In this document: one piece after another, positions 7,410-17,219 of the stretch
How positions within the stretch are numbered: position 1 is the first letter of the stretch
How the letters are laid out: each line of letters starts with the position of its first letter
NCBI GenBank assembly: GCA_963718235.1
Contig: CAVQYR010000001.1
Location: 1,184,001-1,248,000, forward strand
DNA from: an uncultured Actinomycetota bacterium
Lineage (GTDB): Bacteria; Actinomycetota; Actinomycetes; JAHEKZ01
Direction of reading: 5' to 3'
DNA length: 64,000 nt
Program-made: the position numbers and the translations under genes
Notes under the pieces: model-generated
What the model saw: the letters and a program-made list of their open reading frames with translations, nothing else
Told to the model about the DNA's origin: nothing
Database searches by the model: none

Positions 7410-7632
7410 CTCGTCTGGGCTCGCTTGGTCACCCGGGGCGGACAGCGACGGGCACTGCGTTGAGCGACGACGAAGGCGGTACTGCGAGCGTGGTGAGTGA
7501 CCTTCGGGCTCTCCTAGTGACCGTTGGCTATTCCACGCTCCCGTTCAGCGATGAAGCCTCTGACGTGGAATGTGATGCCGCTGATTCCGCCCGGCACGTG
7601 GCGTCGATCGGCGTTTGCGCTGGTCAGGGATC

Positions 7633-7706
7633 TGGAGCGGGTGACCGGGATCGAACCGGCATGGCCAGCTTGGAAGGCTGGGGCTCTACCATTGAGCTAC
7701 ACCCGC
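7633..7706 (-). tRNA. tRNA-Gly (TCC)
   Basis: Reverse complement GCGGGTGTAGCTCAATGGTAGAGC...TTCCAA...GGTTCGATCCCGGTCACCCGCTCCA. Confidence 0.95.
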
Positions 7707-7767
7707 GTGAGCGGACCCTCGCCTTGGCGGTGGCCCGACGGCGTCCTCTAGACTACGGGACCAGCCG

Positions 7768-7840
7768 CGGGGCGTAGCGTAGTGGCTAGCGCGCCTGCTT
7801 TGGGGGCAGGAGATCGGGAGTTCGAGTCTCCCCGCCCCGA
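7768..7840 (+). tRNA. tRNA-Pro (TGG)
   Basis: CGGGGCGTAGCG...CCTGC-TTTGGGG-GCAGG...GTTCGAGTC; usual position before tig. Confidence 0.95.
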
Positions 7841-7916
7841 CTGCCTGCTGCACCACCAGTCAACGCACCACCACCGGTCGCTGGCGCATGCCGCCACGAC
7901 GAACGAGGAGAGAGTC

Positions 7917-9263
7917 GTGAAGAGCAGCGTCGAGAGCCTCGGGCCCACGCGTGTGAAGCTGACCGTCGAGGTGCCCTTCGACGAGCTCAAGCCGACCCTT
8001 GACCAGGCCTACCGTCGGATCGGCTCCCAGGTCACGATCCCGGGCTTCCGCAAGGGCAAGGTGCCGGCGCGGATCATCGACCAGCGGGTCGGCCGCGGCG
8101 CGGTGCTGGAGGAGGCGGTCAACGAGGCGCTGCCCAAGGCCTACAGCCAGGCCGTCGAGGAGAACTCGGTCAAGGTCATCGGCCAGCCGCAGGTCGACGT
8201 GACGAGCTTCGAGGACGGCGCCGACCTCACTTTCACCGCGGAAGTCGACGTCCGCCCCGACATCGAGCTGCCCGCCTTCGACACCCTGCACGTCACCGTG
8301 GCCGACGCCGTGGTCTCCGAGTCCGACATCGACGAGCAGATCGAGACGCTGCGCGCCCGGTTCGCCACGCTCAAGCCCGTCGAGCGGGCCGCCGCCAATG
8401 GTGACTTCGTCCAGATCGACCTGGCCAGCACCCACGACGACGAGCCGGTCGAGACGCTGTCGGCCACCGGCATGTCCTACGAGGTCGGCTCCGGGACGCT
8501 GCTGGACAACCTCGACGACGCACTGCTCGGCCTGTCAGCCGGAGAGAGTGGGGCCTTCACGACCACACCAGGTGTAGGCGACCTGGAGGGCGAGGCGGTG
8601 GATGTCACCGTCACCGTCACCGCCGTCCGCGAGCGCGAGCTGCCCGAGGTCGACGACGACTTCGCGTCCACCGTCAGCGAGTTCGACACCCTCGACGAGC
8701 TGCGGGACGCCGTACGCGAGGAGCTGAACCCCCGCAAGCAGGTCGAGCAGCTGATGGCCGCCCGCGACGCTGTGCTCGAGGCGCTGGTCGCCTCTGTTGA
8801 GGTGCCCCTGCCCGAGCATGTGGCCGCGGAGGCCGTCGAGGCACACTTCGAGGACGGCCACGGAGACGAGGCGCACCGCGAGGAGTACGTCGGCCAGGTC
8901 CGCGAGGCCTTGAAGAAGGACCTCGTGCTCGACGCCGTCGCCGACGCCGACGACACCCAGGTGACCCAGGCCGAGCTCGCCGAGTACATCGTGCGCCAGG
9001 CGCCTCAGTACGGCATGACGCCCGACCAGTTCGCCCAGGCACTCACCCAGTCGGGTCAGGTCGGCTCGGTGTTCGCCGACGTCCGCCGGGCCAAGGCGCT
9101 GTCGGTCGTCCTCGAGGCCGCCACGGTCATGGACGAGTCCGGGAACCCGGTCGACCTCAGCCCGGCCGCCTCGTCCGAGGACGATTCGGCTGAGGCCGCT
9201 GACGCGGTCAGCTCCGAGGACTCCGAGGACGCCGGGGCGACTGCAGAGGCGCCGGCGTCCTGA
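7917..9263 (+). CDS. tig: Trigger factor
   Basis: IPGFRKGKVP motif; GAGGAG RBS. Confidence 0.97.
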   Translation: MKSSVESLGPTRVKLTVEVPFDELKPTLDQAYRRIGSQVTIPGFRKGKVPARIIDQRVGRGAVLEEAVNEALPKAYSQAVEENSVKVIGQPQVDVTSFEDGADLTFTAEVDVRPDIELPAFDTLHVTVADAVVSESDIDEQIETLRARFATLKPVERAAANGDFVQIDLASTHDDEPVETLSATGMSYEVGSGTLLDNLDDALLGLSAGESGAFTTTPGVGDLEGEAVDVTVTVTAVRERELPEVDDDFASTVSEFDTLDELRDAVREELNPRKQVEQLMAARDAVLEALVASVEVPLPEHVAAEAVEAHFEDGHGDEAHREEYVGQVREALKKDLVLDAVADADDTQVTQAELAEYIVRQAPQYGMTPDQFAQALTQSGQVGSVFADVRRAKALSVVLEAATVMDESGNPVDLSPAASSEDDSAEAADAVSSEDSEDAGATAEAPAS

Positions 9264-9273
9264 CCGGACGTTC

Positions 9274-9320
9274 TTCCGTCAGCGAACACCTCGGGGTCGT
9301 GGATGGACCCGGGGTGTTCG
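9274..9320 (+). promoter_or_regulatory. Hairpin after tig, with a partial ClgR-like operator upstream of clpP
   Basis: Inverted repeat CGAACACC...GGTGTTCG at 9283-9320; GCGAAC half-site resembling the ClgR motif. Confidence 0.3.
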
Positions 9321-9368
9321 GGCGTTAATGTCGCATGACCGCGTTGCTGACGAAGGAAGGCAAGCCCC

Positions 9369-9986
9369 GTGAGCCCTGATGTGACCGCTCGGACCCAACA
9401 GCCCAGTGGGGCCACCTTCGACGACTCGGTCTACCAGCGACTCCTGCGTGAGCGGATCATCTTCTTGGGCTCACAGGTGGACGACCCGATCGCCAACGCA
9501 CTCTCGGCCCAGATGCTCCTGCTCGCCGCCGAGGACTCCGAGCGCGACATCTACCTGTACATCAACTCACCCGGCGGCTCGGTGTCGGCCGGCATGGCCA
9601 TCTACGACACCATGCAGTACGTCCCGTGCGACGTCGCGACGGTGGGCATGGGTCTGGCCGCCTCGATGGGGCAGTTCCTGCTGGCGGCCGGCGCGAAGGG
9701 CAAGCGCTACGCCCTGCCTCACGCGCGGATCATGATGCACCAGCCCTCCGGCGGGCTGGGCGGCACCGCTTCGGACATCAAGATCCAGGCCGAGCAGATG
9801 CTCTACACCAAGAAGAAGCTGGCCGAGCTGATCGCCGAGCACACCGGGCAGACCGTCGAGCAGATCGAGGCCGACTCCGACCGCGACCGGTGGTTCACCG
9901 CTGACGAGGCCAAGGAGTACGGCTTCGTCGACAACGTCGTCAGCACAGCTCGCGACGTCGCCGGGGCCGGCGGCACCAGCGCGTGA
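9369..9986 (+). CDS. clpP1: ATP-dependent Clp protease proteolytic subunit 1
   Basis: [20 protein letters not shown] and MMHQP. Confidence 0.97.
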   Translation: MSPDVTARTQQPSGATFDDSVYQRLLRERIIFLGSQVDDPIANALSAQMLLLAAEDSERDIYLYINSPGGSVSAGMAIYDTMQYVPCDVATVGMGLAASMGQFLLAAGAKGKRYALPHARIMMHQPSGGLGGTASDIKIQAEQMLYTKKKLAELIAEHTGQTVEQIEADSDRDRWFTADEAKEYGFVDNVVSTARDVAGAGGTSA

Positions 9987-10042
9987 CGCCGCCCAGCCCT
10001 GACCCAGATCCCCGCACGACTTCCCGGAAGGACCCACTCGCT

Positions 10043-10708
10043 GTGAGCACACTGAACCCCGGTGGCGGCCTCGGAGGCATGGTCGGCGCTCAGCCGCAGT
10101 CGCGCTACATCCTGCCGAGCTTCGTCGAGCGGACCGCGCAGGGTTTTCGTGAGTTCAACCCGTACAACAAGCTGTTCGAGGAGCGGATCATCTTCCTCGG
10201 CGTCCAGATCGACGACGCATCGGCCGACGACGTCATGGCGCAGCTGCTGTGCCTGGAGTCGATGGACCCCGACCGCGACATCTCGATCTACATCAACTCT
10301 CCCGGCGGCTCGTACACGGCGATGACGGCCATCTACGACACGATGCAGTTCGTCAAGCCCGACATCCAGACCGCGTGCCTGGGCCAGGCGGCCTCGGCGG
10401 CTGCCGTGCTGCTGGCCTCGGGCACCCCCGGCAAGCGGTTCGCGCTGCCGCACTCCCGGATCCTCATCCACCAGCCGTACACCGAGGGGGGCGGCCAGGG
10501 CTCGGACATCGAGATCCAGGCCAACGAGATCCTGCGGATGCGTGCCGAGATGGAGGGCATCCTCGCCCGCCACACCGGTCGCAGTGTCGAGGACATCGAG
10601 AAGGACATCGAGCGGGACAAGATCCTGACTGCGGAGCAGGCCCGCGAGTACGGCATCGTCGACTCCGTGATCGACACCCGCAAGGGTCCGGCCGCGCCCG
10701 CCGCCTGA
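10043..10708 (+). CDS. clpP2: ATP-dependent Clp protease proteolytic subunit 2
   Basis: [15 protein letters not shown] and [11 protein letters not shown]. Start uncertain (9983, 10043 or 10079). Confidence 0.95.
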   Translation: MSTLNPGGGLGGMVGAQPQSRYILPSFVERTAQGFREFNPYNKLFEERIIFLGVQIDDASADDVMAQLLCLESMDPDRDISIYINSPGGSYTAMTAIYDTMQFVKPDIQTACLGQAASAAAVLLASGTPGKRFALPHSRILIHQPYTEGGGQGSDIEIQANEILRMRAEMEGILARHTGRSVEDIEKDIERDKILTAEQAREYGIVDSVIDTRKGPAAPAA

Positions 10709-10833
10709 CGTGCCGCCGAACGGGTCACTCCCGGGCGACGCGCCCGGGCAATTCGGAGCCGGCGCGCCTGGTTCGGGGTACGGTCGTGAGGTTCGCGGTC
10801 CGGCAGCAGCCGGCCGTCCAGGTGAGGAGACCC

Positions 10834-12162
10834 GTGGCACGCATCGGTGACGGCGGCGACCTGCTCAAGTGCTCGTTCTGCGGGAAGAGCCAGAAGCAGG
10901 TCAAGAAGCTCATCGCCGGCCCCGGCGTCTACATCTGCGACGAGTGCATCGACCTGTGCAACGAGATCATCGAGGAAGAGCTCTCCGAGTCGACCGAGGT
11001 CTCGTGGGACGACCTGCCCAAGCCGCGGGAGATCTTCGAGTTCCTCGACGAGTACATCATCGGCCAGGACCCGGCCAAGAAGTCGCTGGCGGTCGCCGTC
11101 TACAACCACTACAAGCGGGTCCAGGCCGGCAACAACGAGCGGCCCAAGGACGACGTCGTCGAGCTGGCCAAGTCGAACATCCTGCTGCTGGGGCCCACCG
11201 GGTGCGGCAAGACCCTCCTGGCCCAGACGCTGGCCAAGATGCTGAACGTCCCGTTCGCGATCGCCGACGCCACCGCGTTGACCGAGGCCGGCTACGTCGG
11301 TGAGGACGTCGAGAACATCCTGCTCAAGCTGATCCAGGCTGCCGACTACGACGTGAAGAAGGCAGAGACCGGGATCATCTACATCGACGAGATCGACAAG
11401 GTCGCCCGCAAGAGCGAGAACCCCTCGATCACCCGAGACGTGTCGGGCGAGGGGGTGCAGCAGGCGCTGCTGAAGATCCTCGAGGGCACCACCGCCTCGG
11501 TGCCGCCGCAGGGCGGGCGCAAGCACCCGCACCAAGAGTTCATCCAGATCGACACCACCAACGTGCTGTTCATCTGCGGCGGTGCGTTCGCCGGCCTGGA
11601 CACCATCATCGACAGCCGGGCTGGCCGGCACCCGATCGGGATCGTGCCCAACAAGTCGCGCAAGGAGCAGGACCTCGAGGCCCAGGGCTACCGACGACTG
11701 GGCGCCGAGGGAGAGCTCGACCCCGACGACATCTTCGCCCGCGTGCTGCCCGAGGACCTCATCTCCTACGGGATGATCCCGGAGTTCATCGGACGCCTCC
11801 CGGTCATCACCTCGGTGTCCAAGCTCGACCGCAACGCCCTGGTCCAGGTGCTCACCGACCCGAAGAACGCCCTCGTGCGCCAGTACCAGCGGCTGTTCGA
11901 GATGGACGGCGTCGAGCTGGAGTTCACCGAAGACGCCCTGCTCGCCGTGGCCGACCAGGCCGACCTGCGCGGCACCGGGGCCCGTGGGCTGCGCGCCATC
12001 ATGGAGGAAGTGCTGCTCTCGGTCATGTACGAGGTGCCCAGCCGCAAGGACCTCGCCCGGGTGATCATCACCCGCGACGTCGTGGTCGAGCACGTGAACC
12101 CGACCCTCGTGCCTCGCGAGAAGGAGACGCCCAAGCGCGAGCGCCGCGAGAAGTCAGCCTGA
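10834..12162 (+). CDS. clpX: Clp protease ATP-binding subunit ClpX
   Basis: Zinc finger CSFC...CDEC, Walker A GPTGCGKT, and [10 protein letters not shown]. Confidence 0.98.
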   Translation: MARIGDGGDLLKCSFCGKSQKQVKKLIAGPGVYICDECIDLCNEIIEEELSESTEVSWDDLPKPREIFEFLDEYIIGQDPAKKSLAVAVYNHYKRVQAGNNERPKDDVVELAKSNILLLGPTGCGKTLLAQTLAKMLNVPFAIADATALTEAGYVGEDVENILLKLIQAADYDVKKAETGIIYIDEIDKVARKSENPSITRDVSGEGVQQALLKILEGTTASVPPQGGRKHPHQEFIQIDTTNVLFICGGAFAGLDTIIDSRAGRHPIGIVPNKSRKEQDLEAQGYRRLGAEGELDPDDIFARVLPEDLISYGMIPEFIGRLPVITSVSKLDRNALVQVLTDPKNALVRQYQRLFEMDGVELEFTEDALLAVADQADLRGTGARGLRAIMEEVLLSVMYEVPSRKDLARVIITRDVVVEHVNPTLVPREKETPKRERREKSA

Positions 12163-12195
12163 CCTCGACCGTTCGCCTGTGGCTGCCTCGCCCGG

Positions 12196-13065
12196 TCAGC
12201 TCACTGCGGCGTTGCGCAGCTGCTTGGTCGTCTTGATGATCGGGGCCGCCTCACCGGGCAGGGCCATCACGACCCCCAGGGTGTCGCCGTCCACCCAGAT
12301 GCAGGTCTGCAGGGCGATCCGCTGGCTGCTCACCGTCCCGCAGCGCATCTCGCCGGGCTGACCCGACGTCGCGGCGGGCATGAGCTTGGCCGTTCCACCC
12401 GTTCCGGCGACGCCGGCCGCCAGTCCGCGCCAGAACGAGTCACCGCCGGGGTTGCCGGCCACCTCGCCGACGATCAGCACGACCGAGGGCTGGCCGCCGG
12501 GCTTGCGGGCGTACACCCCGGCTTCCAGGTTGGAGATGCCTGAGTCGCCACCGACGCCGGCCTTCAGCGCATCCATCGCGGCCTTGGTGTTGGCGGGCGG
12601 CTCGATCAGGGCGAGGGCGCCAGCAGCGGCAGGAACCACGACGCTTCGATGGTCGATGATGTCCAGGGCGATCGGGACCGTCCGGATCACCCCGAACGCC
12701 GACAGCACGCAGCCCAGGGCGATCAGCATCACCGGGGCCAAGGAGGGTCCACTCGACGGGCTGGGCTTCGAGGGAGCACTGTGCGGCGGGGACCACGTGG
12801 CGGCCACGTTCTGGGACCAGGGGGCCGAAGCCCCGGTCGAGCCACCCGGCGACGTGGTGGCGAAGAACTCCACCCCCTCGCTGGGCGCCCACTGCATCCC
12901 ACCGCCTCCGAAGGTCGCTGCGCCTTCGACGGAGTCGCGCTGGCGGCGGCGTCCGGTGACTCCGACGATCACGAGCACCACGCCACCCAGCAGCAGCAGA
13001 CCGGCGAGGGCCATCTGGCCAGCCTGGTACCCGTTGGCGAACGCCAACAGGCCAGAGGCGCTCAT
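12196..13065 (-). CDS. Hypothetical membrane protein (2 TM segments plus an extracellular domain)
   Basis: Two hydrophobic segments, a Pro/Ser linker, and a C-terminal GEMRC...CIWVD domain. Confidence 0.7.
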   Translation of the reverse strand: MSASGLLAFANGYQAGQMALAGLLLLGGVVLVIVGVTGRRRQRDSVEGAATFGGGGMQWAPSEGVEFFATTSPGGSTGASAPWSQNVAATWSPPHSAPSKPSPSSGPSLAPVMLIALGCVLSAFGVIRTVPIALDIIDHRSVVVPAAAGALALIEPPANTKAAMDALKAGVGGDSGISNLEAGVYARKPGGQPSVVLIVGEVAGNPGGDSFWRGLAAGVAGTGGTAKLMPAATSGQPGEMRCGTVSSQRIALQTCIWVDGDTLGVVMALPGEAAPIIKTTKQLRNAAVS

Positions 13066-13164
13066 GGTGACCTCGCATCGGGAACGCACTCATCGCCCGA
13101 ATGGCGCATCTTGCCGTCCCCATCAAGGTGTCGACCACCGGGAGCGGCGCCTTGAGGCGCCGGG

Positions 13165-15742
13165 TCAGGTGACCGCCAGCGTGACCTCGACGCTGAGCGT
13201 GGGAGCGTCGCTGGCCGTGAGCACCAGCTCACCGATCCGACCGGCCGCCTTGAGGTCCTCAGCGGCCGTCTGGACCCGGTCGATCTCACCCGCGGGGCCG
13301 CTGACGGTGACCGTCGGCACCTCGGTGCGCATGGAGGTCTTGGCCTCCGACTTCGCCTTCCGGACCGCCGCGAGCACGACCGCCGCATGCTGCAGGACCG
13401 TCACATCGGCGTCACGGGCCACCCCAGCGACCTCTTCAGCGCTCGGCCACGCAGCCCGGTGCACCGAGCCCTCCTGCCACCAGGACCAGACCTCCTCGGT
13501 GACGAACGGCAGAAACGGCGCGAACAGGCGCAGCTGCACCGACAAGGCGGTGGCGAGCGTCGCCTTGACCGAGGCGGCAGCTCGATCGTCGCGACCACCG
13601 TAGGCACGGTCCTTGACCAGCTCGAGGTAGTCGTCGCAGAACGTCCAGAAGAACGCCTCGGTGACCTCGAGCGCCCGGGTGTACTCGTAGGCGTCCAGCG
13701 CCTCGGTCGCCTCGCGGGTGACGTCGGCGAGGGCGGCCAGCAGTGCCTGGTCCAGCGGCTCGGTGACCGCGGAAGCGTCCTCCCCAGCGCCGAAGGACAG
13801 CGCGAACCGGCTGGCGTTGAGAATCTTGATGGCCAGACGTCGTCCGATCTTCATCTGCGCCTCGTCGAACGGGCTGTCCATGCCGGGCCGGGCGCCTGCG
13901 GCGCGCCAGCGCACGGCATCAGAGCCGTAGCGCTGGAGCACGTCGGTGGGGACGACGACGTTGCCCTTGGACTTCGACATCTTCTTGCGGTCGGGGTCGA
14001 CCACGAAGCCGGAGATCGCCGCATGCGGTCCAGGGGACCGTGCCGTGCTCGTAGTAGCGCGCGCACCACGGTGGCGAACAGCCAGGTCCGGATGATCTCG
14101 TGCGCCTGGGGTCGAAGGTCCATGGGAAAGGTGCGGGCGAAGAGGTCGGGGTCGCGCTCCCAGCCACACACCACCTGCGGGCTCAGTGACGACGTCGCCC
14201 AGGTGTCCATGACGTCGGGGTCGGCGGTGAAGCCGCCCGGGACGTCGCGCTGGCCGTCGGCGTAGCCCTCCGGCGCCTGGGAGGACGGGTCGACCGGGAG
14301 GATCGACTCGTCGGCCAGGAGCGGCTCGTCGTACAGCGGCTCGCCGTCGGCGTCGAGCGGGTACCAGACCGGGAACGGGACACCGAAGAACCGCTGCCGG
14401 CTGACCAGCCAGTCACCCTGGAGACCATTGACCCAGTTCTCGTAGCGGTGACGCATGAAGTCGGGCACCCAGGTGATCTCCCGACCCTGCGCGATGAACG
14501 TCTCGCGCATGCGCCTCGCTGCGGCCCCCGTTGCGGATGTACCACTGCCGGCTGGTGACGATCTCCAGCGGCTTGTCGCCCTTCTCGTAGAAGTTCGCCA
14601 TCCGCTGGGTGGGCACCGGCTCACCGACGAGGTCCCCGGAGTCACGGAGCCGCTCGACGATGGCCGCCCGCGCCGAGAACGTCGTCTTGCCCGCCAGCTC
14701 CGCGTACGTCGCAGCCGCCGACTCCTGCAGGAGCCACTCGGGGGTCTCGCGCAGGAGCCGGCCGTCGCGGGCCACGACCGACCGGGTGGGCAGGTCGAGC
14801 TCGCGCCACCACTGGACGTCGGTGAGGTCGCCGAAGGTGCAGCACATGGCGATGCCGGCCCCCTTGTCCGGCTCGGCCGCCGGGTGGGCGAGGACGGGGA
14901 CCTCGACGTCGAACAGCGGTGAGCGCACGGTGGTGCCGAACAGGGCCTGGTAGCGCTCGTCGTCCGGGTGGGCGATCAGGGCGACGCACGCGGGGATGAG
15001 CTCGGGCCGGGTCGTCTCGATCGCGACCGGGCCGGAGCCGCCATGGAACGTGACCCGGTGGAAGTGTCCCGGGTAGTCGCGCGCCTCGAGCTCCGCCTGC
15101 GCGACCGCGGTCTGGAAGGTGACGTCCCACAGGCTCGGCGCCTCGTGCTGGTAGGCCTCGCCCCGCGCCAGGTTCCTCAGGAACGCTCGCTGGGACGCGG
15201 CGATGGAGGCGTCGTTGATCGTCGTGTACTTCTGGGTCCAGTCGACCGACAGACCGACGAGACGCCAGAGCTCCTCGTACGCCTGCTCGACCTGCTCGCT
15301 CCACCGCTCGCACAGCTCGATGAAGTTGCGGCGTGAGATCGGGACCTGGCGTTTGGGGTCAGGCTTGGCCGGGGGCTCGAAGTCGGGGTCGTAGGGCAGG
15401 GACGGGTCGCAGCGCACGCCGAGGTCGTGCTGCACCCGGCGTTCGGTGGGCAGGCCGTTGTCGTCCCAGCCCATCGGGTAGAAGACCTCTTTGCCCCTCA
15501 TCCGCTGGTAGCGCGCGACGATGTCGGTGTGGGTGTAGCTGAAGACGTGCCCGACGTGCAGGGAGCCGCTCACGGTCGGCGGGGGAGTGTCGATCGAGTA
15601 GATCTGCTCGCGGGTCTTCGTGCGGTCGAACCGGTAGGTGTGCTGCTGCTCCCACGACCTGGGCCCACTTCGCCTCGAGCCCGTCGATCGTGGGCTTCTC
15701 GGGCACGCCCGTGGTCGTGGGGTCAGCGGTTGCCTGGTTCAT
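13165..15742 (-). CDS. valS: Valine--tRNA ligase (about 4 frameshifts, probably assembly errors)
   Basis: [33 protein letters not shown] and KMSKS are spread across several reading frames. Confidence 0.92.
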
Positions 15743-15781
15743 GCCGTCATCGTAGAGAGGGGGGCTCCTAGACTCGCGACC

Positions 15782-17137
15782 GTGATCCCCTCCGGCAGCT
15801 CATCCGCCTCCGACGTCGACGCACGAATGCGTGAGATCGAGGTCGCCCTGATAGCGCGTGCGCCGGAGTCCGACATCGAGCCCGGCACCGACCGGGTGGC
15901 CGCTGTGCTGGCAGCGATGGGTGACCCGCAGCGGTCCTTCCCGTCGATCCACGTCGCGGGCACCAACGGCAAGACCTCGACCACGCGGATGATCGACGCG
16001 CTGCTGCGGGCCCTCGACCTGCGTACCGGCGTGTACACCAGCCCCCACCTCGAGTCGATCACCGAGCGGATCACCGTGGACGGCGAACCCATCGGGGCCG
16101 AGGCGTTCGTCGCCACCTTCGACGAGGTCGCCCCCTACCTGCGGATCGTGGAGTCCGACGGCGGTCGCCCGCTCACCTACTTCGAGCTGGTCACCGTCAT
16201 GGCGTTCAGCGCCTTCGCTGACGCGCCGGTCTCCGTGGCCAGCGTGGAGGTGGGGCTCGGCGGTCGGTGGGACGCGACCAACGTGCTCGACGCGCCGGTG
16301 TCGGTCGTCATGCCGATCGGCCTGGACCACACGGAGTACCTGGGGGACACCCTCGAGCTCATCGCAGCCGAGAAGGCCGGCATCATCCGGGCCGGTCAGG
16401 TGACGGTACTGGCCCAGCAGGACCCGGTGGCCGAAGCCGTGGTCGTGCAGCGAGCCGCCCAGGTGGGGGCCACCCTCGCCCGGGAGGGCCTGAACTTCGG
16501 CGTCGTCGACCGGCAGATCGCGGTCGGCGGCCAGCTGCTCACCCTGCGCGGGATCACCGGTGAGTTCGACGAGGTCTTCCTGCCGTTGTACGGGGCGCAC
16601 CAGGCCTCCAACGCGGCCTGTGCGCTGGCCGCGGTCGAGGCGTTCGTGGGGGGTGGACAGGGACAGCTCGACCCCGAGGTGGTGCGGGCCGGCTTCGCCC
16701 AGGTCAGCTCTCCCGGTCGGCTGGAGATCGTCCGCCGCAGCCCCACGGTGATCATCGACGCCACCCACAACCCCGCAGGTGCCGCGACCCTGGTCGACTC
16801 GGTCGAGGAGGCCTTCGAGTTCACCCGGCTCGTCGGGGTGGTCGGAGTGCTCGGCGACAAGGACGCCGAGGGCATCCTCGGGGCGCTGGAGCCCCTGCTG
16901 TCGGAGGTCGTGGTGACCCGCTCCCGGTCCCCACGGGCGATCGACCCCGACGACCTGGGGGAGCTGGCCACGGAGGTCTTCGGTGCCGACCGGGTGGTGG
17001 TCGAGCCGCAGCTCGCCGACGCCGTCGAGCGGGCGATTGAGCTGGCCGAGGGTGACGACCCACAAGGTGGTGGCGGAGTCCTGATCACCGGGTCGGTGAC
17101 CCTGGCCGGCGAGGCCCGGTCGCTGCTGCGTCGCTGA
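15782..17137 (+). CDS. folC: Folylpolyglutamate synthase / dihydrofolate synthase
   Basis: HVAGTNGKTST, EVGLGGRWDATNV, IAAEKAGII. Confidence 0.96.
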   Translation: MIPSGSSSASDVDARMREIEVALIARAPESDIEPGTDRVAAVLAAMGDPQRSFPSIHVAGTNGKTSTTRMIDALLRALDLRTGVYTSPHLESITERITVDGEPIGAEAFVATFDEVAPYLRIVESDGGRPLTYFELVTVMAFSAFADAPVSVASVEVGLGGRWDATNVLDAPVSVVMPIGLDHTEYLGDTLELIAAEKAGIIRAGQVTVLAQQDPVAEAVVVQRAAQVGATLAREGLNFGVVDRQIAVGGQLLTLRGITGEFDEVFLPLYGAHQASNAACALAAVEAFVGGGQGQLDPEVVRAGFAQVSSPGRLEIVRRSPTVIIDATHNPAGAATLVDSVEEAFEFTRLVGVVGVLGDKDAEGILGALEPLLSEVVVTRSRSPRAIDPDDLGELATEVFGADRVVVEPQLADAVERAIELAEGDDPQGGGGVLITGSVTLAGEARSLLRR

Positions 17138-17219
17138 CCCGTTCACCCATGGGTCACCCAGTGGTGGCAGGCTGCCATGCATTGGTCCGCTTCCACGATG
17201 GTCAGCGAACGGAGTCGTC

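Noticed and set aside
7653-7661. GAACCGGCA inside tRNA-Gly matching the repeat's right arm
   Set aside because: It is part of the T-arm and has no left arm at the expected distance; probably chance.
7373-7777. 134-aa ORF overlapping tRNA-Gly
   Set aside because: It overlaps a tRNA gene and a repeat and has no recognisable motifs.
13165-15742. Programmed frameshifting in valS
   Set aside because: Four independent shifts with no slippery motifs, plus another indel in mrdA, point to sequencing error.
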